A DNA stretch of 63,635 nt, the filler included, from Choristocarpus tenellus KU-1152 (lineage: Eukaryota > Protista > Phaeophyceae), in NCBI GenBank assembly GCA_964200185.2. It is 11 parts of 11 records of this genome, joined end to end, with 100 filler letters (N's around TTAATTAATTAA, not from the genome) between each part and the next. Parts side by side here need not be neighbours in the genome. Positions count along the whole stretch, not along the records: positions 38,275 to 42,127 come from CAXNAD020017567.1; positions 42,228 to 45,712 come from CAXNAD020019707.1; positions 45,813 to 59,053 come from CAXNAD020001547.1; 8 more parts are not named here. The stretch is one strand, 5' to 3'. Position numbers and translations under genes: made by a program. Every line of letters starts with the position of its first letter. Positions within the stretch are counted from its first letter, which is position 1. Positions 39,219 to 51,724 of the stretch are shown here, piece by piece. The notes under the pieces were generated by a model that saw only the letters and a program-made list of their open reading frames with translations, searched no databases and had not been told where the DNA came from.

Positions 39219-42025
39219 TGTCATATGGGGAATAAGAAGGAAATTGAGATCAAGAACACTATACAACACAACACAACAACAATAGTCTGTTAATTTCGTA
39301 GAGGAAAGCCCTTCCGATACACCAGCAATAGGTGTAGTTTTATTTAAAGCAAGAAAATAGAGAAACCTACTAAAGCAAACAACTATACTTGATTTTTTTC
39401 CTAAACTGATGTAATAAAGGCGATCGGTCTAGAAGCAAAAGAAAAATTCGACAAGTCTGACATGTCCTGTGATTCATCCAGGAATTGCTCTGCCTACGTG
39501 CCTAGATTTCCAATATAAACCCAGTGTGTACTGCGTCTGACCAGGGGCGGGATAGTCCCCAGAGTAAAGCGAATATATAATAATATAGCAATAATAAAAC
39601 ACATGAAAGTGAGATCATATCATATAAAACAATACTAAGGAACTTGTATCACCAACTGAAAAACATACTAACTGGACACGCCGGGGACTGAACCCGGGGT
39701 CTCATGCTTGCGAAGCTTGTGATCTACCATTAATCTACACGCCCACCATGACTATGCTAATTAGGTACGTGTAACATCACTTACAGAACTAGTACACCTA
39801 TTTGTGACAGTAGTAGCAGAGTTATGATGTGAAGTAGAGACATTAAAATTATTACGTGAGAGTGGATACATAATCCACAGTGACATAATCTTTGATATAC
39901 TTAGAGAAGGTCCAAGTCACGACGAGGTAGTGAGAAGTAGTGGTTTTTCTGTAGAGCTGTCGTTGGTGGAGAACAGACCCAAGTACAGGGACTTTCATAA
40001 AGATTCATAAAGCAGACTGCAATCAGCACCACAAACATGATATGCTAGGTATGCTCCCTTAGTGACCGATTGTAACATGTCTTCCAAACAAAACCCCAGA
40101 TTTTACTACCAAGAGGCTGCTATCGGTATTTCTCAATCTAGTACAGGATAGGAAACTTGTCCAATACAACATCGTCTTTATCATCTGTTACAGGAGAATA
40201 GTGCGAATATTTCTTCCCGCGCTCTAACAAGCGCGAGCAGTATATACGCGTGGGGAACTTTATAAAGTGGAACTCCGATTTGCTAAAAGTTGCAGAGTAA
40301 AATCTGTAACTTGGGTATCGATGCAACGGATTGCAGATGTATTTATACGTCTGAAAATAATTAAAAGGTGGATGTTAATATAAGAGGTGTTTCATTGCCA
40401 TATGGCTCACTTTTCTTGATAATTGATAAATTAACAGACACCAATCAGTGACTATCGGTTGAGAAAAGTACCTTTACTTCCTGACCTGACGTGCACTGGA
40501 CCTGTTGACTGTCGGAGTATCCTGGGAGACTTGTACAAGCATCAGCGTCATCTATTGGCCTGTGGATTGGAGCTATACATCCTGTGGAGGTAAGCTTTTG
40601 GAGTGTGCTGTAACACATCCCGGTAGTATTCCTCAAAACAAATATACAATAGTGTGCATCTGAGCACCTTACTTCACAAAAGCTGAAAAAATATTTTGCT
40701 TCTGTACCTTCGTTATCTGGGAATGAGTTAGGTTGCTGCACCACTACTTCTGTTGACCAGGAACTAAACCAGTTAGTCCACCACCGTATCACGCAGCACC
40801 GAAAATATGCAACACCAGTCGTCAATGCGTAACTGATATGGAAAAGCAGCGCATTGTATAACCCTCATCTAGTCCATGGCATCCCCTGTTACCATTTTCC
40901 GAAAACCTGATGGATCTCCCAGTTTCTGCATGGATTTTAGCGGAACAATTAATAAACATACGATATATAATTTATGGCATTTGCCATCCATGGAAGAGTG
41001 TTTATCCACTTGGGGAGTTCAAAATACTTACCTTGTCTAGATATACAATCAGTCTATTAAGAACTACCGATAACTGATGAATGTGAACGACTAAAAACTG
41101 CCTTCATCACACCAGATGGGAAATATGAGTTTCAGAGGTTACCATTTGGAGTACAAACGTACCGTGGACCTTCCAACGCTTCATCTCCCAGACGTTTTTT
41201 ACAATTGGTCCTAGCTCTGGGTTTTTGGTAAATTTTAGACAATATTGTTTTGGCCTCTCCATCTTGGGCAAATACCACAAACAGCTGATCACTACGGTAC
41301 TGTCAACCTTACAAACTGTGGGGATTACGTTAGAGCAATACAGGGCTCAATTTAGCTCAAAACATATCCATTATTTGAGACACGATGTCAGTCCACAAGG
41401 AATAGCTATATCACAAGCTCGTATTCAAGCTATTTTATTAATGCATCCCCCCCAAACTGTGTTCTATGAACTTGATCAGGAAGTACATTCCTCACCTAGC
41501 AGCAGCAACAGAACCGTTAGTTGAACTTATTCACCGTACACAAAAGGGAGGTTCAATAAGAGGACACACCACCCCAAATAAATAAATAAAACGATCCAAG
41601 TGATATTTCATCTAGATGGAGTCGACCATAGCAAACTGCTCTTGACAAGTGCAATCGACTTTTAACCATGGCTCCACTTCTACACTTTTCCTGATTTTCA
41701 AAGGTATTTTATTGCATGTAGATGACAGTAATGTTGGGACAGGGACGTGTTTGACCCATAAAAAGTAGGATGGAAATTTTGATATAATTGCATACCATAG
41801 TGCCTTACTTTCCCCCTCCCAGAGAATATATTCTGCCACACAAAAAGAGTGCCTAGCAGTGATTTTTGCAATTTAACACTGGAGACCACACATTTGGGGT
41901 AAACACTTCACAGTTATTAGTGACCACTCAGCCTTACTGTAACTGCATACTATGCAAAACACGTTCAATCTATTAACCGAATGGGCTCTAGCTCTGCAGG
42001 GTTTTGATTTTACCGTCCTTCATAA
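39219..42025 (+). mobile_element. Decayed Ty3/Gypsy LTR retrotransposon: candidate 5' LTR 39219-39809, PBS-like 39811-39821, RT-RNaseH remnant ~40800-42025
   Basis: Broken frames give PSSSPW..P..FRKPDGSP..CMDF, KTAFITPDGKYEFQRLPFG, LHVDDS, YSATQKECLAVIFA, WGKHFTVISDHSAL and EWALALQGFDFTVLHK, in RT then RNaseH order. LTR bounds TGTCATA...TGTGACA are inferred from one copy only. Confidence 0.8.
39673..39744 (-). tRNA. tRNA-Ala(CGC)-like gene or pseudogene
   Basis: GGGCGTGTAGATTAATGGTAGATCACAAGCTTCGCAAGCATGAGACCCCGGGTTCAGTCCCCGGCGTGTCCA folds as a cloverleaf with G3:U70 and anticodon CGC. It has an anticodon-stem mismatch, extra G:U pairs and an altered T-loop. Confidence 0.7.
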
Positions 42026-42283
42026 GTCTGACCCAAAGCATCTGGGGGGGGGGGGGGAGGGTCTACCCCAGGGGGGTGTCCCTTTGAGCCAAAAAAAGGA
42101 AAAGGGGATTTACATTATCCATCCGACNNNNNNNNNNNNNNNNNNNNNNNNNNNNNNNNNNNNNNNNNNNNTTAATTAATTAANNNNNNNNNNNNNNNNN
42201 NNNNNNNNNNNNNNNNNNNNNNNNNNNCTGTCCCCACTCTCTCCTTGTGTTTTGCTTGGTTGTTGGTTGGGGGTGGGGGGGGT

Positions 42284-42340
<57 letters not shown>

Positions 42341-42370
42341 ATTTGTAAGATACAAAATGCAAGGGCTGAC

Positions 42371-43340
42371 CTTATGCCTGAGCCGACCACGACGCAATCT
42401 ATGTTCTCAATTGGTCCTGTATCTGTTAGGGGTTCAGGATAAGGGACAAGGAAGAGGAACTGACCTGAAGTCAAAGTTGTAAGATTTGACAGGCGTAGAG
42501 TAGGGTGATAAAAAAAAAGAGTATGAGGGGGTAGGGAGGAGGAAAGGGGATAGCGATGCTTCTTTTGCGTAAAAGATCTACCTCTCAACACACGAAAATA
42601 TGACAGTGTAAGGATTTATCATACACAAAATGTATCACCAGAGTGTGTAGGAGACACCTCAGATATTTTATGGTGGTTCATCATCAATGTGTCCTGTGAC
42701 AGGTCCTCTACAACCAATGTACTGTAACACAAACAAATGGTTTACAATAGGATGAAAACGTAGAGCGGTGATCCAACGTTGTTCATTGCACAGCTTATAG
42801 ACAAAGCATACGTTAGATGTCACCAATCCATCCAAATGTTCTCAAGGGTCAGACTAGGGTCGGGACACTGTTGCAATGTCCCAGGCTGAGTCTAAGAGAC
42901 GAGTTGTAGAGTCCCACACCCTAATCTTGAGCCAAAAAAGCCCAAACCTGAGGATGATGTATTCAAGCAGGGAATGAGAAGAATGCGGAGGACATCCCTT
43001 ATCACGTGATCGGAGACCCTAAACTTAAAACAAGTTTACAAACAGTTAGTCCAGTCCTTCAACAAAGCATATTGCATACAAAAACAGTCACCATTATTAC
43101 GATAGTTCAACCCAAACAACTCGAAGTCAACAAACACTGTGGGGGAAGGATATTGTCCCCATATCCCTCACCAAAGAGGTTGGACATCGATAATGCTGTC
43201 CTAATCCGACCTTCCGCAATTGCATGTCTAGCATTGAGGTTGACTCCAACGTTGCCATTGTAGAAAGTCGATGTTGGCACGAAGGCACCTGCAAGTGGAG
43301 CGGCAGTCAACACACAGGCCCATATGGAAAGGTCCTTCAT
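42371..43340 (-). CDS. PPOX: Plastid-targeted FAD oxidoreductase, probably protoporphyrinogen oxidase; first two exons (43340-43172, 42422-42371)
   Basis: MKDLSIWACVLTAAPLAGA-FVP signal plus transit peptide. A phase-1 GTGAG..CTAACAG intron gives SNLFDTGPIENIDCVVVGSGI(S/R), the start of a GxGxxG FAD fold resembling plastid PPOX DCVVVGxGISG. Only the N-terminus is visible. Confidence 0.6.
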
Positions 43341-45106
43341 CGACCTAGCCACCCCGATCCCACCGTTGAAAGCTTGTTTCTTCACACGGCAGTGAGTCTC
43401 CTTGGACCGTTAGCTATTCCTTTAGCAAGCGCGAGGTGGGAAGGATTCGAGCAGGATGGAGAGTGGTTTCTGTGTAAAAAAAAAGTATCGCCACAGATAC
43501 ATGACTCGTTGGCGAGCAACTTAGACATCAAAGAAAGAAGCAATCCCCTGGATCATATATTTCATGTCTTTGAAATGAGTTAAGTCTCTGCACCCAGTGA
43601 AACATGAGCAACGACTCAAGTATCAAAAAGGAGGGAAATCCACCAAACAGGAAGCAACGATTTGGTTGGGATCTCAACACACCACAGCAAAACGACCAAC
43701 TCGTAGTTAGAAAAACATCCGGGCAGAAAATAGAGCGTTCATCGGCCAATAGTCTTACCTTCACGTTGCCCGCTCAGAGATGATGTAGGAAACAAGAGCA
43801 ACTGTAGAGATGCAAGTTGGGTGGGGTATGGTTGAACGGAGCCAGACTCATGTTTGGATGGTGAACGGATGGACGACGTATTGTTAGTACATTGACGTGA
43901 CAACTGATCGACGTATCGACTTCTATCGTATATTAAATTCGAAATTGAAAACCGAAGTTGACAACTTCCAAACGATAGGTACATATGAGGGAAGACCCAA
44001 CAGAAGACCACAAGGGCTGAAATCTATGCACATTTCGTTGAGGTTCCAGTGACTATCTGTACGAGGCTGGTGACAGAGTCGTGGGTGTCTGCAAGCGACG
44101 CAGTTGATATCCTGCTATTGCGATCTTTCCTAACAGCTCACCTTTGGCAACATCGATCACCTTCCCTACCAAGGTGCAGAAGGCGTACTACCATGCATCC
44201 CTTGGTGAAACCATCAGGATAGAATATTCTGGACTTATGAATGATCTTTAGTAACTCTGGTGTAAGCGTACATAAGCAATAAGGGAAGAGAATTAGGAAT
44301 TGATATCTCATATTTTGTGACCTTTCAGTTGGGATGGGTGGTAGATGAGTCCCGCTTAGAAGCTGTGCGCAGGGACTTCCGGGGGTAAAGGTGCCGATAC
44401 CTTCTTATTCTCTTCTCATATATCAGTATGCATGTTGGGGTAGCTTCGTTTCACTTTAGCTGTGAATCCATTGGTAAATGTACCCCTTCAGTAGTTGAGC
44501 AAGGACAAGATGAAAGACACCCGTCCTCAGTGAATGGGTGGCTGGGTGGGTAGGTAGGTAGGTGGGTAGGTGGATAAATGGGCTAGTGGTTGGTTGTATC
44601 GATAGATTGGTGGACCGGTTGGGGGATAGTTGGGGAACTGAAAGCTACGGAAATCAGTGTGAGGGGGAAGTTTACTCGGTACATTTTTTTAAGTAGCATG
44701 TTTGCTTGATCCACAAACGCACCTTCCCCCCAAGCGCCACGACATCGTCGGCACCTTGATGTGACTTTCAATGTGGAGAATCAGGTATATTTGAAGAAGT
44801 CATTACCCTGAAAATTTGCCGGAGTGATTTTGGCGGGAAAAAGAGAGGCAACCTATTTTTGAATTCCTTAGATGTTGGCCTTGATCGCGAATTTACATAG
44901 TCTTCACCCCCGCCTCTGTCGAGTCTACGTCTACGATATCCACAGCTCCCTTCTACAACTCCATACCTACATCCCCACCTCCCCTTCAGTTCCCTTCAAC
45001 AACATTCCACACAACGAAGACCTAGAACACTGCATCTTTGTCAGTTCAATGTTGGTCCAACTTTGTGTTTTATTGACGTGGAACAACGAAAACATTGATT
45101 AACCCA

Positions 45107-45609
45107 ATGAACCAGTCCACGGATGAGATGACGACCCCAGCGGTCCTCTCAGGGAACATTAGCGAGGGTGACGATTTTACAGGGGGTTCAGGATCAAGTT
45201 CGACAGTATCCGAAATGCCCTTTTGCGATACAAGTGACAATGACCTCCCTCATGTGTCTGATGGACCTGGGCCGGGTTCAGTCTCGAACCCTGACCTGCT
45301 GGGGGTCTTAGAGGGTGGGGCAGCGGTGGAAGAACCAAGTTTTTGTGGATGGGAAGGCAGAGTAGAAGAGGGAGAAGGGAGCCGTATGGATAGCTGCACA
45401 ATGAGAAAAAAGAACAGGAAAAACACGACTGCAAGCACAAGTATCCCCGCATGTGGTACCCCAACAAACAAACAGAAAAATGTGGTGTGTTTGCTAGGGG
45501 ACAAGTGCTGCATGTTTCCGAATAACGCGTTTGCAGAGGACAAAGTGGACCAACACGTGAGTGTTTGCCTTGATCGGAGAGAGGACCAGACAGCGTTCCA
45601 GCAACAAAT
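45107..45609 (+). CDS. Probable first exon of an unidentified protein with acidic disordered N-terminus and a C..C..HxxxC (UBZ-like) motif
   Basis: ORF 45095-45613 with ATG at 45107 and GTGAGT donor at 45610; ends KCCMFPNNAFAEDKVDQHVSVCLD. Confidence 0.45.
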
Positions 45610-48600
45610 GTGAGTATTCAGGATCGGATAGCTTTGCGTCTCGCCCCCCCCCCCCCACCCCCCCCCCCGAGTCCTCTTTTTTTTTTTCTTCCCCCCCCCC
45701 CGCCCTTTTCCCNNNNNNNNNNNNNNNNNNNNNNNNNNNNNNNNNNNNNNNNNNNNTTAATTAATTAANNNNNNNNNNNNNNNNNNNNNNNNNNNNNNNN
45801 NNNNNNNNNNNNCCAAAGAACCCAAAAATTGCCACATTAAAAAATGGGCCCCAAATGGACAGCCTGCCCCCCCCCCCCCCAGATACTTTGAGCCAAAGCT
45901 ATCCACAAGGCTTCATCCTCTACCTCATTACCGTGAAGAACCCAACTCTAACCCTAACCCTAACAAGATCATTAGAGAAGGCTCTTCCTGGTGGAAAGAG
46001 TCTTCAAATGTGTTGCACGTTCATCTCATTAACCCTACCATCCTCAAAGTTTGATTCCGACCTTGAATGCTTGTCACTTACTGGTATAAGCCATGGGAAC
46101 GTACGCTTTGCCCTAGGGAAGAATGCCACAGCCAATCGCAGTGCACGGGAGATGTAGCTGATCAAGTACATTGGCACAGCAAAAAATACTATCTGTTCCA
46201 ATAAGGGCAATAACACACAATTGGAGGCGGGGAGAGGATATATAGTACACAGCACTGTGGTATATTTTTGTAGGAGGATGACTTCAAAAACATCGTGAAA
46301 GAGATGGCAGTGTAAAATCCAATCCAATATATGTTGATCTTTGCGAGGGCTACCTCTATCCATGGCAAATGCTGTGTTCCAGGCAATGGGACATGACTAT
46401 GTAGATACATCTAATAGTGATGGGTCGTTGTGCAGACCGAAAAGGTGAACCCTAACCCTAAACAATACTGGTATTTAATATCTGAAGTCGCCTATCAAAG
46501 GTTGTCAAATCGGAGTATGAAAACAAAGAAATGTGAGCTGAGTTCGATAAAGCCCTAGAAAATCGACTGAGAGCTTTCAGTCAGTCAGTCAGTCAGTCAA
46601 AAAAGAGGTCTACCTAACCTACCCACATTCCCTCCGTTTCATGAGGATTTAGAATGTTTTTCATGATTCTTGAGTTCTGTTCATGTTGTTTGCTGTGCAT
46701 CATTTGCCGTGCACAACTTTCTTTCCATGGATTCGAGAAGTTCGGATTAGTATGTGTGATTGACAAATAGATACCATACAAATGTTTTTTACAACCAACG
46801 GGAGTGGTAACTGTCCAGGATAGGAATTTTGTTTAGAAACCATCTCTTGTTCATGAGTCTATGCTTTGCTTTAGCACATGAGATGTCACTAATGAGATTG
46901 TGCATTCGGGTTGTTTGACAATTTAGTGGTGTTTTAGGTACATGATGCTGATGAAATTATGATAACAGTATGCTTGCTGTATGACCAATACTGACAAGGT
47001 GGAAATAAGTGGTCATACTCTTATCAAACTAATAGTATGCTCTTTGTATGTGGTGTCGATGAAGTGATCATCTGGTAATCATATAATAACAGAGACACGC
47101 GAGTTAGAGGGGACATCAGTCACACGTCCAATTTCTAAAACTTGCGTGACTATCATGCTCTTGCGAAGGTCGTCACCGCAAACAGATTAAATCTGGACAG
47201 TTACCATGGGAACTACCTAACCTTGACAGTTTTCTTTCAGAAGAAATCTCACATCACCAAGCCTTGTACTCAGGAACATCTTAGCTGGAGTTTAGGGGTG
47301 TTTCGCACTACTATATTTGCAATATTTGTTTTAGGATTTATCTTTCATATCCCTCACTTGGTATTCACTTCAAGAAATTTCGGATTTCGAATATATATAT
47401 ATATATATATATATTGAAAATATGTAACTCTAATATCGCATTTCACTATGTAACCTCATATACTGAGTATCCGAGAATATAGTACTACGTAGAAGTATCA
47501 GGGATGACAAGGTGGCGTGCAGAATCACAGGAGCATAAGAAGTTTAGGACCTACGAACACTCCCAACTGCGCAGTATCTTGGCAGAAGCAACGTACAATG
47601 ATACTCCAGAATGTATGCGCTGGTCTGTAGAGATTATGCTCTATCGCGTAAAATAGTCTTGGTGTGCACAGTATGCCACCACTCATCGGCATGTCGGAAG
47701 GGAGTACGCTTTGGACTAGATGAGTGCATACGATCACAATATCGTGTTGCATTAATATACAGTAGATCTTTGGTGGAAAAGGTCTACAGTAGTGCTCCTG
47801 GAAGTGTTGCTATGCTGTACTGTTCATAGGTGGTGCTCCTGACATACAATAACAGATATCACTGGTGGAGTAGATTAGGAAAGATGCACTAGTTATGCGG
47901 TACCAGGTAGTTCCAATATAGTTCTACCCAAGGATCAACTATTGTTGGGACCTGGTAATGGATTTTCTGTTGAGGTATCACATGGTATTTTTGATTCTGA
48001 GATAATATTTTTTTCTGCAGTATCCATGTGTACATTGCAAATCCCAAATGGTAGTCTACAGCTGTCTTAGCCTCAGTTAACTGTCTTAGCCCTGCTCAGA
48101 CAGCAGAATCGAGACCACACACGTCTTGTAGCTCTAATACATGTACATTCACGCCAAGTCATATATTGTCTTCTGTGCCAGTACACCATAGATAATACTA
48201 ATATTCGGTGGGTTTAAGTGAAATACTTCAACATACGCTATGGTGTCCCTAGGAACAGAATGACGTAGACATGTGTTTACCCCCCTATCTCTTACCACAA
48301 GGATCCAGAAGATATCCAGAGTCGACTGCCCACAAACCCGATCCAAGGATATGTGAAACCTAGTTAGAATTTCCAGCAGAATTGCTGCACCTGTGACAAT
48401 CATTATCCTGGGTGACCTGTTCTTGCAGCATGGGCAGGCACAGTGCTGATTGAAACAAGCAGCGAAGGCATTTTGCTCAGACCTTTGGATCCTGAATCTC
48501 CTGCCTGAGTTCAACTTGGCAATTCATTCACCCATTTTGTGCTATCCTATCTCTGATATCAGGCATCAAACAGATATCAAGCATCATGTACTCTGGAATA

Positions 48601-48956
48601 CCAAGTATGAATTTCTTCTTAGAAGTTCCCACAGATGTTCCTTCTCTTGAATTGTGTTTCCTAGGGAGAAGTTTAATGTAGTCCTTGAATACCTAACTGA
48701 GGAAGAAATACCAGTATGATGGCAAAACATACAACACAGTGTGACCTATGTTTATACTTTCGAGCATACCTTCTCAGCCTGTTGAACATTTTCTTTTAAA
48801 AAAATGCAACCAAGAGGCAAAGGAATAGAAGAAAGTACACATACAAATATATAATATCTCCATTGTTATATATGGTCATGCCTTAATGAAAAGCCAAAAG
48901 GAGACACAAGGGACGAACTTGTGGGGAAAAGGAGCACGCATACCTGACCCAATACA

Positions 48957-49215
48957 GACCCAAAGCATTCAAGAGGGTTGGGCCGCGTCCGTTTGGATCA
49001 TAAATCCAATGTTGCGATTTTGACGAATTTTGACCATATCGTGTTTGTTAGCAAGTGTCAATGTCCTTGCTCCAGACACACCTTCCGTAGTCATATACAT
49101 TTTAGGTAACTGTGTTAACACAGAAAACCGAAAAAGGGCATAAAAAAAACGTGGGAAGTCAAGCCACGAATGGACAAACAGACCAAAACTCCTACCCTCT
49201 TAACAGAGTTCTCTC
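48957..49215. mobile_element. Old, diverged MITE family A copy
   Basis: GACCCAAAGCATTCAAGAGGG...GGACAAACAG...CTACCCTCT aligns by eye to family A along its length. Confidence 0.75.
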
Positions 49216-51462
49216 GATAGGAGTCGATCAATTAGCAAAGAATTGCGCACTTGGAGAGAGAACATGTTGAGGTTCCCACACTTACGGTTTTCTACTACAC
49301 ATTCGTCAGCTTGTGAACAATACAATATCTGACCTTGTTCGTATCTCCAGGATGTACCGCGACTGGTATAACTTTACAAGGAAAAGAGGGCCCAGCACCA
49401 AGAAGAATGCAGCATCCATGAGATGGAACCAAACAAGGACTTGCCAATAAGCAAGTAGGTGCGCAGTAGCAAAAACGACAATTTGTCAAAGTAAGATTCA
49501 AAGTAACACTTTATCTATGCACAGACGATAATGCGGGACAGTAAGGATATTTAGGCGGTGTATTTGACCAGAAGCAATTGGCAGAATGTTAGAGTCGGAG
49601 TGTTTCTGACGTGTGCTAGAGAACTGTTGAGTCATTTGGCATTCTGAGTCATTTGCTGTAAGGTTTGGTGAGTCCCATCTAGTGTCTCACTCTCTTCTCA
49701 ACTGTGATACAAGCTAACAATAAATAATATTACTGGTTGTGTTAGATAACTGATCATCAAGGACAGCTTAATATGCTATAGAATTCTTTTATAAGCGTGC
49801 TTGCGAGTTAATATAGTTAGACTTTAGCTATCATCGGGATATCCTTGTTCTGGACACGCCTTTTCAGAAGGTATACATTTTACCTACTCCAAAACATTTT
49901 GGAGTAGTAAAATGTCATAAAAAGAAGCATGGGAAGCCAACCCCCAAATGGACAAACAGGGCAAAACTCGTACCCTCCAGGATACTTTCACCTATCTTTA
50001 ACCGGCAGGAGGCTCTTATAATGGACCTGAAGAGCTTGGGGGGTTCCGTGACCGAGGAAGATCGAGTGGGTTGGCTACAAAATTCACTCGGCGAAGAGTA
50101 GCTGGACATCTCGTCCCAGATAGATGATGATGAGTCGGCAGAGGGAGGATAAGACTGGAGAAGTTACTCCTGAAGAAATATCAACTGCGCTCTATTCAAA
50201 AGGGCATGAGAGCTGGCGAACTGGTTGCAGGACGGCAATCCAGGCGCACTGGTGGGCAACCCAATAGTTAGGAACGTGGTGGACCTCATTTCCGATCTAA
50301 ATGCCTACAAATCAAGAAGCAGAAGGCAACTGAAGGGGGTATCTCATGCTTTGCATGCGGTAAATTAGGTCACCAGAGCTTCGCATGTCCGCAAAGAAAA
50401 TTGGGATCGTCAAGGGATCTGGAATCTCCGAACAGCCATAAGAAGAACCGGATGGGGGGGAATGGTTCTAAGAATAAGGGGGGAGGATCAAAATCGGATG
50501 GACCTGGCAAAGGAAGATCAAAATTGGGAGATTTTTCAGTAACTAACCAAGTGGGTTATCTTGCTAGTAAGGTAAAAACACTTCCCTTCAAGAGACTATA
50601 TATAATGGGTTGAGGTTTGGATTTGAGAAAGTGGAGCCACACATAATTTTACGATGATCAATAAAAACATGTTTAACTGTTGAATGTTGTGATAGAACTG
50701 TTGAAGTTGGAGTTGGTGGAACACTTGACATTGTGGGGAAGGGGGACATCAAATTGGAATGTGTTCTCATTGGTAAATTGGAGACTGTTGTGTTCAATGA
50801 TGTACTTTTGGTGCCTGATCTTTGAGTGAATTGTATTCTGCCAAGGCTTGCATGCGAGACAGTCACAGTTTCCAGTCTGTCGACTCCACCAGAATCTCAA
50901 CTTTGAGGGATAATGGGGAACGAAATCTCACATTCACGTCATTGAGGGAGGAGGAATTATTATTTCTAGGAATGCACAAAGTAAGTGTGTTAAATTGCTC
51001 AGATTCTACTAATGTCTTTACCACTGATGCAACACCTGTTTCTGGGACACGAAGAATTCACTTGACCCGGAAAACTGCGTTGATGGATGTCAACGACCTG
51101 CATGTACGATTAGGTCATGTACATAAGGGGATGGTGAGGAAATACGCTTCTGCCCATAATATTTTACTGACTGGGACGTGGGGACCATTTTGTCGAGGTT
51201 GCTCACTCGGCAAGGGACATTGGTAAGGGGGGGAAGTGCTTATATGGACTTGACTAGACCGAAAGAACAACCCAGTGAGGGAAAGGAGTATTACTATGCA
51301 ATGTTCGTGGTGGATGACTGCACTTGAATGAGGTTTGAGTATTACCTCAAAACCAAGAGTGATGAAATGACGTCGTCTGCATTCAATGATCGACGTGGCG
51401 AAGCCTGCTGAGGTGGAGAGATCAAAGCTGAAAGGAAGGAATGTGGGACAGAATTGACTGGG

Positions 51463-51724
51463 GAGCCAAATTATCTTAGAGGGTAGAGCCGCGTCCATTT
51501 GGGGGCCAAAATCCAATGTTGCGTTTTTAATGTAATTTTGATTATATCGTATTTGTTAGGAAGTGTCAATATCCTTGCTCCGGACACACCTTTTCATATA
51601 ACGTATACATTTTACCTACTCCCAAATATTTTGGACTAGGAAAATGTCATAAAAAACTCCATGGGAAGCCAAGCCCCAAATGGGCAAACAGGGCAAACTC
51701 GTACCCTCTAAGATACTTTCACTC
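51463..51724. mobile_element. MITE family A inserted in Copia integrase
   Basis: TGGG|GAGCCAAATTATCTTAGAGGG...AGATACTTTCACTC|TGGG, a perfect 4-bp TSD. Confidence 0.93.

Noticed and set aside
46000-48700. Possible decayed LINE on minus strand
   Set aside because: Only vague RT-like fragments and no convincing catalytic motif.
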